A stretch of DNA of 64,000 bases, taken from contig CAZCUX010000027.1 in the NCBI GenBank assembly GCA_964502005.1, positions 30,219 through 94,218 of the forward strand, written 5' to 3'. The notes below the pieces were generated by a model, which was given only the letters and a program-made list of their open reading frames with translations, did not search any database and had not been told where the DNA came from. Positions 46,221 through 56,525 of this stretch are shown here, piece by piece. The DNA is from an uncultured Enterobacterales bacterium (GTDB lineage Bacteria > Myxococcota_A > UBA796 > UBA2385). Position 1 is the first letter of the stretch, and each line of letters starts with the position of its first letter. The position numbers and the translations under genes are program-made.

Positions 46221-47642
46221 TCAGCGATGGCCGACGGGACGGCACTTTTCCGTCGTCACATCGGGCGCGTCGGGTGCAGGGGAGGTCGGCAACAGCGCGC
46301 GCAACTCTGCGAGCACCGTCGTTTGGTCGGCACGACCCGCGAGGTTTGTATGTTCGCCGGGGTCGGTTTGGTGGTCATAGAGTTCTTCCCCACCGTCATG
46401 ATACCGAATATACCGCCACCTTTGCGTTCTTACCGCGTGGTTTCCCGGACTTTGAGAGGTAATACACGCATGGGGCCACGGCGCGTGGGGGTCGTCGAGC
46501 AACGGCGCCAAATCACGGCCATCCACGCGCGCGTGCAGGGGCAAGCCGCATCGATGCGCGAGGGTTGGATAGATGTCTGTCAGACAAACGACGCGGCCCG
46601 AGGCTCCGGGCGAAATGCCGGGGCCCGCGATGATGAAAGGTACACGCGTACACTCTTCCCACAATGCAAACTTCTTCCAGTGGAACTTCTCGCCGAGGGA
46701 CCAACCGTGGTCAGACCACAGCACCACCAGCGTGTTGTCGCGTGCGGGGGAGGTGTCGAGCGCCGCTATCACCCGCCCCAACATCTCGTCTGCAAACGAC
46801 AACGCCGCGAGGTAGCCCCGCACAGCGGCCTGCCACTGGTCGCTCTTCACCACTTCTTTGTGGACATCCAGATGCGCAAGGCGCACACCTACTTTGGGGA
46901 TGTCATCCATTTCATCTTTGGGGACGTTGGGCACCTTCACCGACGGTAGGTCCATCGCATCAAAAAACCGTTGGGGCGTAAACCACGGCAAATGTGGTTT
47001 GTGGAAGCCGCACGCCAAAAAGAACGGCGCTTCGCCCGGTCTCCCGAGCTGCCGCGCGACCCAAGCCGCGACCCGCTCGTCGGGATGGATGCCCTCTTCG
47101 TTGCTGCGAGATGGCCCCCAATGCAGCTCTCCGACACTTCCTGCATCGGCGGGCTTGGGACGCCCCCCCTCGTCGACCGACATACGCACACAGGTGTCGC
47201 CCAGATGGTCGTCCCACGCGCCGGGGTCGCCAAAATGGAACACCTTGCCCGCGCCAAGCGTGCGGTAGCCATGGGCGCGAAACAGCGCAGGCAGGGTGGA
47301 AACATCCCCGACGGCTTGCCACCAGGCGGCGTCGTTGGAATAGACACCCGACCGATACGGCGCCACACCTGTCAACACAGAGGTGCGCGACGGATTGCAT
47401 GCCGGGGCCGCCGCATGGGCCTGCGTGAAGGAGCGCCCACGCGCAGCGAGTGCATCCAAATGCGGCGTTTTGGCTTGGGGATGCCCGCCGAGGATGCCCG
47501 ACCAGTCGTTCAAATCGTCGATAGCGATGAACAGAACGTTGGGACGACCTCCCTCCGCGCGGCTCGCAGTGGGCAGGAACGGGAGAACAGAGACGCCGGC
47601 AAGCCCGCGTAGAACTTGGCGACGGTGAAGCGTGGTGTGCAT
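46221..47642 (-). CDS. sulfatase (formylglycine type) with TAT signal
   Basis: HRRQVLRGLAGVSVLPF, PNVLFIAIDDLNDW and CNPSRTSVLTG (CxPxR). Confidence 0.85.
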   Translation of the reverse strand: MHTTLHRRQVLRGLAGVSVLPFLPTASRAEGGRPNVLFIAIDDLNDWSGILGGHPQAKTPHLDALAARGRSFTQAHAAAPACNPSRTSVLTGVAPYRSGVYSNDAAWWQAVGDVSTLPALFRAHGYRTLGAGKVFHFGDPGAWDDHLGDTCVRMSVDEGGRPKPADAGSVGELHWGPSRSNEEGIHPDERVAAWVARQLGRPGEAPFFLACGFHKPHLPWFTPQRFFDAMDLPSVKVPNVPKDEMDDIPKVGVRLAHLDVHKEVVKSDQWQAAVRGYLAALSFADEMLGRVIAALDTSPARDNTLVVLWSDHGWSLGEKFHWKKFALWEECTRVPFIIAGPGISPGASGRVVCLTDIYPTLAHRCGLPLHARVDGRDLAPLLDDPHAPWPHACITSQSPGNHAVRTQRWRYIRYHDGGEELYDHQTDPGEHTNLAGRADQTTVLAELRALLPTSPAPDAPDVTTEKCRPVGHR

Positions 47643-47682
47643 TGCCCGCAATGTACCCGGTTTCCGGGCACAACCGGGAGGG

Positions 47683-48615
47683 TCAATCGATGCCCCGGCG
47701 CCACTTCGCAATCCAGCGACGCGCCAAGCGAATCGGCAACGCCGGCGAACCCAAGACAACCTCCCCGTCTCCTACATCACGGGCCACACCGCTTTGTGCC
47801 CCTACCCGCGCCCGATGTCCTACCCTTCGGTGGTCGGCGACGCCCGCTTGTCCGCCCAGCATCGCGCCGCTGCCGATGGTTACGGAGCCAGCCAGTCCCA
47901 CTTGCCCGGCGAGGACCGCGTGGGAGCCGACGACGCAGTTGTGACCCACTTGCACCAAGTTGTCGATTTTGGCGCCTTGGCCGATACGGGTCTCCCCAAG
48001 CCCCGCGCGGTCGATGCAGGTGTTTGCTCCTACCTCGACGTCATCTTCGAGGACGACACGTCCAATCTGCGGAACCTTTTCGAGTCCGGCGGGCCCTGGG
48101 ACATACCGAAATCCGTCCGCGCCCAAGACCGACCCCGCATGAATCCGGCATCGGCGGCCGATTTGGGTGTGCGGGTAGAGGGTGACATGGGGGAAGACGA
48201 CCGTTTCATCGCCAATCTCGACGTCATGGCCAACATAAGCAAACGCGCCAATCACGACGTTTTTTCCCAAGCGCGCAGATGGCTCGACGACAGCAGTGGG
48301 GTGAACACCGACGGGATGGGCCTCCGGGAAGTACGTTCGCAACACGAGCGCGAACGCACGCAAGGGGTCTTTGACCTCGATGCGCGGCGTGTCCAAATAC
48401 TGACAATCTGTCACCGGTTGTGACAAAATGACACCAGCGGAACACGATGGGGGGACCCTCCCTGCACACCAGACGAGGTCGTCCGGGCCCCCTTCTCCCA
48501 AGGGCGCGACGCCGTAGAGCACGACATCCCCAAGTCCTACGCCGTGTCCGCCGACCCTCTCCGCGAGTTCTTGGGCGCGTACCGGGCCACTTGGAAACCG
48601 GCCCGCGGGGCTCAT
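47683..48615 (-). CDS. lpxD: UDP-3-O-acylglucosamine N-acyltransferase
   Basis: Long hexapeptide-repeat array, e.g. IGANTCIDRAGLGETRIGQGAKIDNLVQVGHNCVVGSHAVLAGQVGLAGS. Confidence 0.9.
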   Translation of the reverse strand: MSPAGRFPSGPVRAQELAERVGGHGVGLGDVVLYGVAPLGEGGPDDLVWCAGRVPPSCSAGVILSQPVTDCQYLDTPRIEVKDPLRAFALVLRTYFPEAHPVGVHPTAVVEPSARLGKNVVIGAFAYVGHDVEIGDETVVFPHVTLYPHTQIGRRCRIHAGSVLGADGFRYVPGPAGLEKVPQIGRVVLEDDVEVGANTCIDRAGLGETRIGQGAKIDNLVQVGHNCVVGSHAVLAGQVGLAGSVTIGSGAMLGGQAGVADHRRVGHRARVGAQSGVARDVGDGEVVLGSPALPIRLARRWIAKWRRGID

Positions 48616-48917
48616 GGTTCGGTGAGGACCTGTGCCGCAAGCGTAGCCGAGATGACCTTTCGCCGAAGCTCGGCGGCACTGCCGGAGAGCACCGCTACAT
48701 CGCGCGCTTCGCCGGATGCCGCGATTCCGCGTGCGGCCTGGGCCACCGCCCGCGCCGCTTCTTCGACATCGACACTGGCCCCTTCCATACGCGCGATGCG
48801 GACCATCCACGTGGCCCGCGTGGCCTCATCCAAGACGGAAGACGCGGCCACAGGAGGGTCCTGGGCCAACGCCCGTGGACCAGCACCCAACAACAGAACG
48901 ACAAGGAAGCGATGCAT
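48612..48917 (-). CDS. small secreted protein in the Skp/OmpH position
   Basis: MHRFLVVLLLGAGPRALAQ signal peptide. ATGA overlap with the lpxD start. At 101 aa it is too short to call Skp. Confidence 0.45.
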   Translation of the reverse strand: MHRFLVVLLLGAGPRALAQDPPVAASSVLDEATRATWMVRIARMEGASVDVEEAARAVAQAARGIAASGEARDVAVLSGSAAELRRKVISATLAAQVLTEP

Positions 48918-48922
48918 ACGCG

Positions 48923-51181
48923 TTAGCTATCTCCCAGACGCCGGGACCGCACGCCCAACAACACAGTTCCGATGCCTCCCAATAGCGCGAGCAGCAAACC
49001 AGCCGCCACGCCCGGCGGTTCATAGCGCAGCCGCAACCTTCCCGGCCCTGGCGCAACGACCGCGAGCTGTACGCCCGCCGACCGAACGACGGGAAGTGGT
49101 TGACCATCCATCTCTGCGCGCCAGCCAGGCCACCACGGGCGACGAACGACATAAACGCCGGCAGCGGAGACATCGACCTCAAGGTCGGTCAAGGAGTCCT
49201 GGCGCACGGTCGCTGTGCCGGCGGACGCGGGCAAGGTGCTTGGCGCCACCGCCGATGGGTCGTCGAGAGCGGCGCGCAGGTGGGACGAAGACGGGGCGGC
49301 GAGGGCGGCGGCAACGGCTTCATTTGCGCTCGGGAACACCCTCGGCGAAGGGACGCCTTGCACGGACAGCGCACTGTCGTCGAGCACCACGACCGATGGC
49401 GCGATCCCAGGAGGCGTTCCGTCGTCGATACGTTGCCCGGCAATCGGTTCGGTGGTCGCAAGGTGTGTGCAACCCAATGCAATGGCCGCAGTGCGCTGGG
49501 TCTCCGGGTTGGAAAGGTGGGTATGCCACAAACCGACAGTGGGCGCTTGTGCGCTCGAAAGGTAATGCTGAGGAACGGCGGGGCCCCCACATTGTTGCAG
49601 GTTCGCTTTGTGCTGGAGACGCTGCACGAGCGTGACGCCATACAAGCCCCAATCGCGCTCGGGCTCGTCCAAACGCCCCGAAGCGAGCCGCGGATCTGTA
49701 CACAATACAATGTGGGAGGCGTCCCCCAACGCGACGCGGGGAATATCAAAGTCGAGAATCGGCTCTATTACGCCAATATGGGAAGATGTCGCCACGGCGA
49801 ACTCGGCCACCAATACCCAAGGCGCCCACAACGGCCGCGTTCGCCAAACCGCCAACAGCAGAGCGGCGAACGCAGTGGCCATCATGCCGCGGGAAAGAAG
49901 CAGGGAAGCGGGTTCGGGTCGCACTCCGGGGAGGGTATGGACCCCAAAGGAAAAGGAATCTGCCGATGCTTGCAATGAATCCCCATTCAGTGCGACCCCC
50001 AGCAATACGAGGGCGCTTCCGACGATGCCCACCAAGAGCACACGGCCGGAAAAACGGGAATAGGACTGGAGCGTCAGGACCGTTCCCGTCAACAATGCAA
50101 TGCTAGCGGGTGCAATGTACTTCGCTGGATACCGAAACAAGCCGATGGGAGGCACAAGCGTCTCTAACCACGCGTAGACAGGGGTATTTTCGCCCAAGGC
50201 AACGAGCAACAATCCAGCCGACACGATGCCCCACCAGCGAAAACGCTGGTCACGAACGGCCGCCAAGCCGAGCAAGAGCGCTGTCAACCCCACATACGGC
50301 GTTGGGTTCCAAGGAACGCGCACGTCTGCCGAACCAAACCAAAGATGGAAGAGAGTGGCCCCCGAAGAGAACCGCTCCGTGACGATACCCGGCCACACCA
50401 TCGCGAACGCTTCGGGCAAGCCAAGCGACCAAAGCTGTTGCTGTTCGAGCGCGAGCCCTCCGCTGCGGGCAATTGCGTCCCGAATTCCAAATGTTGGGAA
50501 CCACTGGGCCATTCCGAGCAACAAACCCGCACCGACGGCCAACGTGAGGGGACCACCGGCGGTGCGCCAAGTTCGCGTGCGCAACACCTCTGCCCCACAC
50601 ATGACCGCCGTAATCGCGAATCCTTGCAGCTCCCCGGCCAACAACAACAGGCCGAGAGCGCCTGCAACCAACGCCGCGCCGCGCCGTCCGTGGGACGACG
50701 AAAGATGAATCGCGCCCGCCCACGCCAATGGCATCCATGCCGCTCCGGCGAGATAGGCGCCGTGGAGCACCAAGTTGAGCACGGTGCCCGATAGCGCGTG
50801 CAGCGCGCCAAGCGCCGTCGAGGAGGCGCGCGGGAGGCCCACCGCGGCACCCAAACGCGCGGCGCTCCACCCCGCCAACGCGAGGTGCAGCACGCTCCAA
50901 AGGCTTGCCGCGAGCTCAGGGTCGGAGATGGGCCAAAGAAGCCAAGTCACCGGATAAAAGACACCCGATTGTGGCTCAGCCAGCAAGGGGCCCCCGCCGC
51001 CCAGCGATGCATCGAGGGAGAGTCCATCGCCATCGCGCAACGCGCACTGCATGCCCAGCAACACGAGGCTGTGGTCGAGACCGCCGTAGCGAAGGCCTAT
51101 CCACAAGGGCATCGAGAACCCGAGGGCAAGAACCAGTGCCAGCGCGAGGTGCGAGGTGCGATCGGAGGGTGCAGAAGTCAT
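48923..51181 (-). CDS. large polytopic membrane protein (GT-C/YfhO-like by architecture)
   Basis: More than 12 hydrophobic helices followed by a ~250-aa soluble C-terminal part. The start is uncertain. ATG 51181 was chosen because GTG 51232 would overlap the divergent GT2 gene. Confidence 0.6.
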   Translation of the reverse strand: MTSAPSDRTSHLALALVLALGFSMPLWIGLRYGGLDHSLVLLGMQCALRDGDGLSLDASLGGGGPLLAEPQSGVFYPVTWLLWPISDPELAASLWSVLHLALAGWSAARLGAAVGLPRASSTALGALHALSGTVLNLVLHGAYLAGAAWMPLAWAGAIHLSSSHGRRGAALVAGALGLLLLAGELQGFAITAVMCGAEVLRTRTWRTAGGPLTLAVGAGLLLGMAQWFPTFGIRDAIARSGGLALEQQQLWSLGLPEAFAMVWPGIVTERFSSGATLFHLWFGSADVRVPWNPTPYVGLTALLLGLAAVRDQRFRWWGIVSAGLLLVALGENTPVYAWLETLVPPIGLFRYPAKYIAPASIALLTGTVLTLQSYSRFSGRVLLVGIVGSALVLLGVALNGDSLQASADSFSFGVHTLPGVRPEPASLLLSRGMMATAFAALLLAVWRTRPLWAPWVLVAEFAVATSSHIGVIEPILDFDIPRVALGDASHIVLCTDPRLASGRLDEPERDWGLYGVTLVQRLQHKANLQQCGGPAVPQHYLSSAQAPTVGLWHTHLSNPETQRTAAIALGCTHLATTEPIAGQRIDDGTPPGIAPSVVVLDDSALSVQGVPSPRVFPSANEAVAAALAAPSSSHLRAALDDPSAVAPSTLPASAGTATVRQDSLTDLEVDVSAAGVYVVRRPWWPGWRAEMDGQPLPVVRSAGVQLAVVAPGPGRLRLRYEPPGVAAGLLLALLGGIGTVLLGVRSRRLGDS

Positions 51182-51225
51182 CCTCCAAAGGTTAGCGCGG
51201 CAAGCCCGTTGCCGAAGGAACGGAG

Positions 51226-52332
51226 ATGCCACTTCTTACGGTTGTCACGCCGTTCTATAATGAAGCCCGAACCCTCCGCCAAAGCATCGGGCGCGTGCTC
51301 GCAATTGCCGATGAACAGGTGACATTGGAGGTCATCCTCGTCAACGATGCGTCGACCGACGACAGCCCCCGCATCGCACAAGAACTTGCCGCGCAACACG
51401 CTGCGGTGCGTGTTCTCCATCATCCGTTGAACCAAGGAAAAGGGGCTGCACTGCGAACGGGCATCGCGCATGCGACCGGCGACTTCGTCGCCATCCACGA
51501 CGCAGATTTAGAGTACGACCCGAGAGACCTCGTACGTCTCTTGGGGCCCTTGCGCGAAGGCGTAGCGGACGTCGTTTTCGGCTCCCGGTTTATGACCGGC
51601 GGCCCCCATCGCGTGCTGTTTTTCTGGCACCAGATGGGAAACATGTTTTTGACGCTGCTGTCCAACATGTTCACCGACCTCAACCTGACCGACATGGAGA
51701 CCTGCTACAAGGTGTTCCGGCGGGACATCATCCAGCAGGTACAAATAGAAGAAGAGCGTTTTGGCTTTGAGCCGGAGGTGGTCGCCAAAATTGCTGCCAT
51801 GCGTGTGCGCATCTACGAAATGGGCATTTCGTACTATGGCCGCACCTACGAAGAAGGCAAAAAAATCGGCGTCCGCGACGGCTTTCGCGCGCTATATTGC
51901 ATCTTCCGATACAACGCCCATCGCGCACCGCTCCCTATTCAATTCCTGTTTTATCTTGTGATTGGCGGCATCTCTGCTATCGCGAACCTCGCCTTATTTA
52001 CGGCGTTTCGGGAAGGTGCGGTTCCATTGTGGTCGGCGGCGCCCCTTGCATTTGTACTCGCGGCTGCCCTCAACTATGGTCTGTGTGTGTGGTTGCTCTT
52101 CCGGCACCAAGCCCGCTGGGATGCCCGCAAAGAGCTACTTCTCTACATTCTCGTCGTTGCCATTGGCTCGGTGGTCGACATGGGAGGCACAGCATTGTTT
52201 GTCGGAACAGGTGCGAGCGAGTGGCTCGCAAAGATTGGCGGCACCTTCGCCGCGCTCGCGGTCAACTTTTTGGGGCGGCGCTTCCTCGTGTTCCCGGAAC
52301 CGTCGAGTGGGCCGTGGAAGCCGCAAAACTGA
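51226..52332 (+). CDS. GT2 polyprenyl-phosphate glycosyltransferase fused to a GtrA-like membrane domain
   Basis: VVTPFYNEARTL, VNDASTDDS and HDADLEYDP. The C-terminal four-TM region is GtrA-like. Confidence 0.85.
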   Translation: MPLLTVVTPFYNEARTLRQSIGRVLAIADEQVTLEVILVNDASTDDSPRIAQELAAQHAAVRVLHHPLNQGKGAALRTGIAHATGDFVAIHDADLEYDPRDLVRLLGPLREGVADVVFGSRFMTGGPHRVLFFWHQMGNMFLTLLSNMFTDLNLTDMETCYKVFRRDIIQQVQIEEERFGFEPEVVAKIAAMRVRIYEMGISYYGRTYEEGKKIGVRDGFRALYCIFRYNAHRAPLPIQFLFYLVIGGISAIANLALFTAFREGAVPLWSAAPLAFVLAAALNYGLCVWLLFRHQARWDARKELLLYILVVAIGSVVDMGGTALFVGTGASEWLAKIGGTFAALAVNFLGRRFLVFPEPSSGPWKPQN

Positions 52333-52354
52333 AGCGCCAAATGTAGAATCGACC

Positions 52355-53173
52355 TCATGCAAACGAAGCGGGTTCCCTGGCTGCCAAAAAGTCCAGCAGC
52401 AGCTCGTTGATGACATCCGGCTGTTCAAGTGTGCTGAGGTGACCTGCGCCGTCTACGACCGAAAGACGCGCGGACGGAATCGCTGCGGCAATCCGGCGAG
52501 CATAGCCGGGCGGGGTCGCGCGGTCGTCGGCGCCGACCACGACGAGCGTCTGTGACTGAATGTCATTCAGTCGTGACAAGATGTCATCCCGTGAAAAAAT
52601 GGCACGACCGAACCGCACAATCGCAGCGGGGTCTCCGCTTGTGATGCGTTGGCGCCACTCGTCGACCATCGGCGCAAGCTGCGGATTTTCGAGGGTACCG
52701 CGGGCAAACATGAGGTCCATCGTTGGCTTTGCGACCGGACCAAATCCAAGCAGCCGCAGCATCAAGAACATGCCTTCGTAGCGAAAGCGGTTGCGGCGTG
52801 GCTCTGCTTGTGCCGAAGTATCCATCAGCACGAGTCGTTTCAGCAAGTCGGGACGTTGGAGCGCGATACGCATCCCCACAAATCCACCGGTAGACAAGCC
52901 AACCCAATGGCAAGGCCCACCGCCAAGCGTCTCCAGGACCGCGATGCCATCGTCAACCAAGCGCTGAAGGTCGTAAGGACCACGGGCCTTTCCGCTTTGT
53001 CCGTGGTCGCGATGGTCGTAGGCCAGCACGCGGTACGTCTGGGACAAGCGCTCGATTTGCGGCGCAAAATGCCGGTGGTCCGCCAAATAAGAATGCGAAA
53101 AGACCACCGTTTCCTGCCCTGCACCTCGTTCTTCGACATACAAGGAAACGTCGCCTACTGAAACCAAAGCCAT
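52355..53173 (-). CDS. alpha/beta hydrolase
   Basis: ATG at 53173 lies 4 nt after GGAGG. VFSHSYLADHRHF, GLSTGG nucleophile elbow and GAGHLS. Confidence 0.8.
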   Translation of the reverse strand: MALVSVGDVSLYVEERGAGQETVVFSHSYLADHRHFAPQIERLSQTYRVLAYDHRDHGQSGKARGPYDLQRLVDDGIAVLETLGGGPCHWVGLSTGGFVGMRIALQRPDLLKRLVLMDTSAQAEPRRNRFRYEGMFLMLRLLGFGPVAKPTMDLMFARGTLENPQLAPMVDEWRQRITSGDPAAIVRFGRAIFSRDDILSRLNDIQSQTLVVVGADDRATPPGYARRIAAAIPSARLSVVDGAGHLSTLEQPDVINELLLDFLAAREPASFA

Positions 53174-53380
53174 CCGGCCTCCGTGCGTATGGGTGACGGC
53201 GAACGCCGACAGGGAGGCCGAGGACAAGCCTTTGGACCCCCTATCTCGTTGGGTGAGCGCCGCCGTAGGGTTCTGCTGGGCAAATCCGACACCAACGAAC
53301 GATTGCGTTTGCTGCCCATTGGTGCACCCCGCTGAACGATTCCTCGGGCGGCGCCGTTGCCCCGTTTTTACGCGCGGGGT

Positions 53381-53692
53381 CTATCGCTGGAATCGCGCAC
53401 GAAGCTGCTCGTAGCCGGTGCGGATGTGTCGGAGCACCTCGGCTACATCTTCGATCTTGGGCTCCGAAAGAACACCGAGACGCTGCTGCAAGTGAACCCA
53501 ATGGGAATCAAGAGCGTCCAACTCCGCCATGGCTTCCATGTGTCCCAGATGGGCCTGTAGGCGGAGTTCATCGCGCAACCACGCGAGGGCGCTCACCTCC
53601 GAATGAAGGGACGGCTGCCGCAGCTCAGCGCGGGCAAGCCAAGCCTGAAGCGCAAGCTCGTCACGAAGAGAAGAAGGACTGTTGCGGAACAC
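53381..53692 (-). CDS. small hypothetical helical protein
   Basis: Only the C-terminal ~100 aa of ORF 53381-53896 look coding. GTG at 53692 lies 4 nt after GGGAGG. Confidence 0.3.
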   Translation of the reverse strand: MFRNSPSSLRDELALQAWLARAELRQPSLHSEVSALAWLRDELRLQAHLGHMEAMAELDALDSHWVHLQQRLGVLSEPKIEDVAEVLRHIRTGYEQLRARFQR

Positions 53693-53862
53693 GGGGCCTC
53701 CCGGGCTTGGGGTACGCCCTTTCCTTGTGTCCCAAACGCGGCTTCGCCAAGTCGCAGCGTCCAAAATCCTGCTCTGGGTCTGTTTGGAGCGACACGCGGC
53801 GACCCCGTAAATCGTGTATAGTAGCGAAATGGCGCGCCAAACGGGCACCGGAGGAGACCTGC

Positions 53863-54360
53863 CTGCACAATCCGTACTCTGCCCCCACGTCTGCAAACCT
53901 CACGCCGGTCGACACCGCAGCGCAAGTGTTGCGCACCCAACACATTGTGGTGGAGAGCAACCTCAACTCGATTGGCGGCTTGACGATGCTCTTGGGGGGC
54001 CTGATGGTCCTCGGTTCCGTGCTCCCCCTTGTTGTAGAAGGCGGCGCGATAGGCGGTCTTTTGGGCCTGTTGGTGGGCGGACTCACGCTGTTGTGGGGCA
54101 TGCTCTTGCGTTTGCGCTGCTGTCGGAGGTTGTCCCGTTGGACAAGCTTGCTTTGGCTGCCTGTCTTTCCGCTGGGCACGCTGATGGGTGGGTATGTCTT
54201 CTGGGCGCTGACATCCGCACATGGCGAGGTCTTGTTCTCCCCCCAGTACCGTGAAGTCGTCGCCCAGACCCAACAGATTCGCGCACCCACGCCGATGGGC
54301 GTGCGCGTTGTTGTGGGTCTATGTATCGCATTGTTGCTGTGGCGGCTCTTGGCTGGCTAA
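53863..54360 (+). CDS. small membrane protein
   Basis: Three or four TM helices (GGLTMLLGGLMVLGSVLPLVV..., LLWLPVFPLGTLMGGYVFWAL). The start is unclear. GGAGGAG at 53850-53856 lies 6 nt before an in-frame CTG at 53863, giving an N-terminal HNPYSAP. Confidence 0.4.
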   Translation: MHNPYSAPTSANLTPVDTAAQVLRTQHIVVESNLNSIGGLTMLLGGLMVLGSVLPLVVEGGAIGGLLGLLVGGLTLLWGMLLRLRCCRRLSRWTSLLWLPVFPLGTLMGGYVFWALTSAHGEVLFSPQYREVVAQTQQIRAPTPMGVRVVVGLCIALLLWRLLAG

Positions 54361-54389
54361 CATAGGACCACAAACCACCAACATAATAC

Positions 54390-56525
54390 TCACCCACCGA
54401 TAGAACGCAGCAGTTCTACCAGCTGGTCAACGGATACAGGCTTGGTCAAAAAGCCCGTCATGCCGCTCTCTACAGACGCTCGCAGGTCTTCGGTGAGAGC
54501 ATGGGCAGTGAGCGCGACGATAGGTCCGGTATAGCCCTTTCGGCGGAGCATCGCAGTGGCCTCAAGTCCGTCCATGACGGGCATTTGAATGTCCATCAAG
54601 ATGAGGTCGTACGAGGTCCCAACACAATGTTGCACGGCCTCTTCTCCGTTTTCGACCAACACAACCGTATGTCCAATCCGTTGGAGAAGCGCCTCGATAA
54701 CGAGCTGATTGACGGGATTGTCTTCGGCAACCAATACCCGCAACTGCCGGAACTCCCCCACCAACGGAGCAGGAGGCTGACAACCTTGAATCGCCACGAG
54801 CACAAGGTCGTCTACAAGAAACGGCGCATCCATGACAGTAGCGGTCGACGGCGCCACAACATTCGGCGCGACTGCCAGCGAAAACGGGACGTCGGGTGCT
54901 TCGCCCTGGCCAACATATACAAGCTGGGGCTCAAACTTCCCCAAGACGGCTTCAAGGGACGGTCCGACCGCCCGTTGCGTCATCACACGAACGCCCCGTC
55001 GAACCAAACAATCCGAGATTCGTTCACGCTCGATGGCGTCGGCGTGCACAATCGCGATGCGCAGCGGTTCCTCGGGAAGAACCAAGGCCACGGGTGTTGC
55101 ACGAATGCCAAAACAAAATGTAGTGCCCGTTCCAAGCGCGCTCTCGACCGAAATCTCGCCACCCATCATCCGCACCAGTTCCTGGCTAATCGAGAGCCCA
55201 AGGCCACCGGGCGCATTTCGTCGCCGATTGCCACTTGAAAAGCGGTCAAACAAGCCAGCCAATGCATCAGATGTCATCCCCTCGCCGGTGTCTTTGACCA
55301 CAAAGTTGAGGTGGTCGCCATTGTGAACCACATCGACGGAGATTCCACCCACCCACGTATGGCGGGCCGCGTTTCCAAGCAGGTTGACCAAAACCTGCCG
55401 AAGCCGGAGTGGGTCGAGCACCCACATTGCAGGAGTGTCCATGTCCATGTGCAAGGAGAGCTCGATTCCCCGCTCGTGGGCCATCGCCTCCACGGCAGCC
55501 AGCGCACTCCGCAGCAACGGCTTGATGGCCGTTTCTTCGGGTCGCAGGACCAGCCTGCCCTCTTCGACTTGGGAGATGTCGATGATGTCGTTGAGAAGCT
55601 CCAAAAGATGCGATGCGGAGTCCTTGGCGACGGTCGCCCGATAGGTTTGTTGTGGACTCAGGCTGTCGCGCAAGAGGAGGTCAATCATTCCGAGCACACC
55701 GTTCATGGGCGTGCGAAGCTCGTGGCTCATGTTCGCCAAAAAGCGCGATTTGGTGCGGGAGGCCGCCTCGGCTGCTTCCCGCGCCGCCACGAGGTCTGCT
55801 TCTGCGGCCTTTCGCTCGCGGAGGTCACGAAACGCGGCCACACGCACGGGGCGACCTTGCCAAGTGGCCTCTTTGCCCCGCGCCTCGAGCGGAATTCGGT
55901 CGCCATTCTTTCGTACAGCGAGCGTTTCATATGTGCTGGTCCAACCGGATGCCATAACGGTCGCAATGCGGGGCAGGATTTCCGGTGCAGCCAACGCCGA
56001 AACATGCATCCCGAGCATCTCTTCACGAGAATAGCCGTATAGGTCCGCGAGCGCTTGGTTCACCTCAAACAAGGTGCCCTTTTCGTGTAAGCAGACCCCC
56101 TCAAATCCCGCGTCCAACAACGCACGATAGCGGGCATGGCTTTCGGCGCTCTCTACAGCCAGCAGGACGATTTCTACGACTGCTTCGAGCTGGTCTGCGG
56201 AGCGGTCGCTCTGATGTACCCATACGCCATTGGCGCAGACGTGCGCACCCGGAGGGGAATCGTGGAGCCCCACTGCCGCTGCCCCGCTCCAAAGGCGAAA
56301 GGCGTCCCACACCTCCGGCACGCCTTGCGTCGCACAATACCGCAGTTCACGAACAAATGAGAGGTTCGGAGGGGAACCCGGAGGTGTATCAATGTCCATC
56401 GTAATCGGATCCAGCGACCGTTTCAGACGAATATGCCCCGGGACAACCCCTTCGACACACGGAACCCGTTCTCTACCTACATAGAAGCTGAAGTTTTCAC
56501 CAGTGAAATCCGAACAAAAGTCCAA
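54390..56525 (-). CDS. hybrid sensor histidine kinase with PAS and two receiver domains
   Basis: PAS LHEKGTLFEVNQALADLYGYSREEMLG, H-box SHELRTPMNGVLG, ATPase DTGEGM...GGLGLSIS, and a terminal receiver VLVAEDNPVNQLV...ILMDIQMPVMDG. The start is uncertain (TTG 56525 or ATG 56399). Confidence 0.85.
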   Translation of the reverse strand: MDFCSDFTGENFSFYVGRERVPCVEGVVPGHIRLKRSLDPITMDIDTPPGSPPNLSFVRELRYCATQGVPEVWDAFRLWSGAAAVGLHDSPPGAHVCANGVWVHQSDRSADQLEAVVEIVLLAVESAESHARYRALLDAGFEGVCLHEKGTLFEVNQALADLYGYSREEMLGMHVSALAAPEILPRIATVMASGWTSTYETLAVRKNGDRIPLEARGKEATWQGRPVRVAAFRDLRERKAAEADLVAAREAAEAASRTKSRFLANMSHELRTPMNGVLGMIDLLLRDSLSPQQTYRATVAKDSASHLLELLNDIIDISQVEEGRLVLRPEETAIKPLLRSALAAVEAMAHERGIELSLHMDMDTPAMWVLDPLRLRQVLVNLLGNAARHTWVGGISVDVVHNGDHLNFVVKDTGEGMTSDALAGLFDRFSSGNRRRNAPGGLGLSISQELVRMMGGEISVESALGTGTTFCFGIRATPVALVLPEEPLRIAIVHADAIERERISDCLVRRGVRVMTQRAVGPSLEAVLGKFEPQLVYVGQGEAPDVPFSLAVAPNVVAPSTATVMDAPFLVDDLVLVAIQGCQPPAPLVGEFRQLRVLVAEDNPVNQLVIEALLQRIGHTVVLVENGEEAVQHCVGTSYDLILMDIQMPVMDGLEATAMLRRKGYTGPIVALTAHALTEDLRASVESGMTGFLTKPVSVDQLVELLRSIGG

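Noticed and set aside
48612-48917. Calling the small secreted protein upstream of lpxD Skp/OmpH
   Set aside because: The position fits, but at 101 aa it is much shorter than Skp, and I see no diagnostic motif. It is kept as hypothetical.
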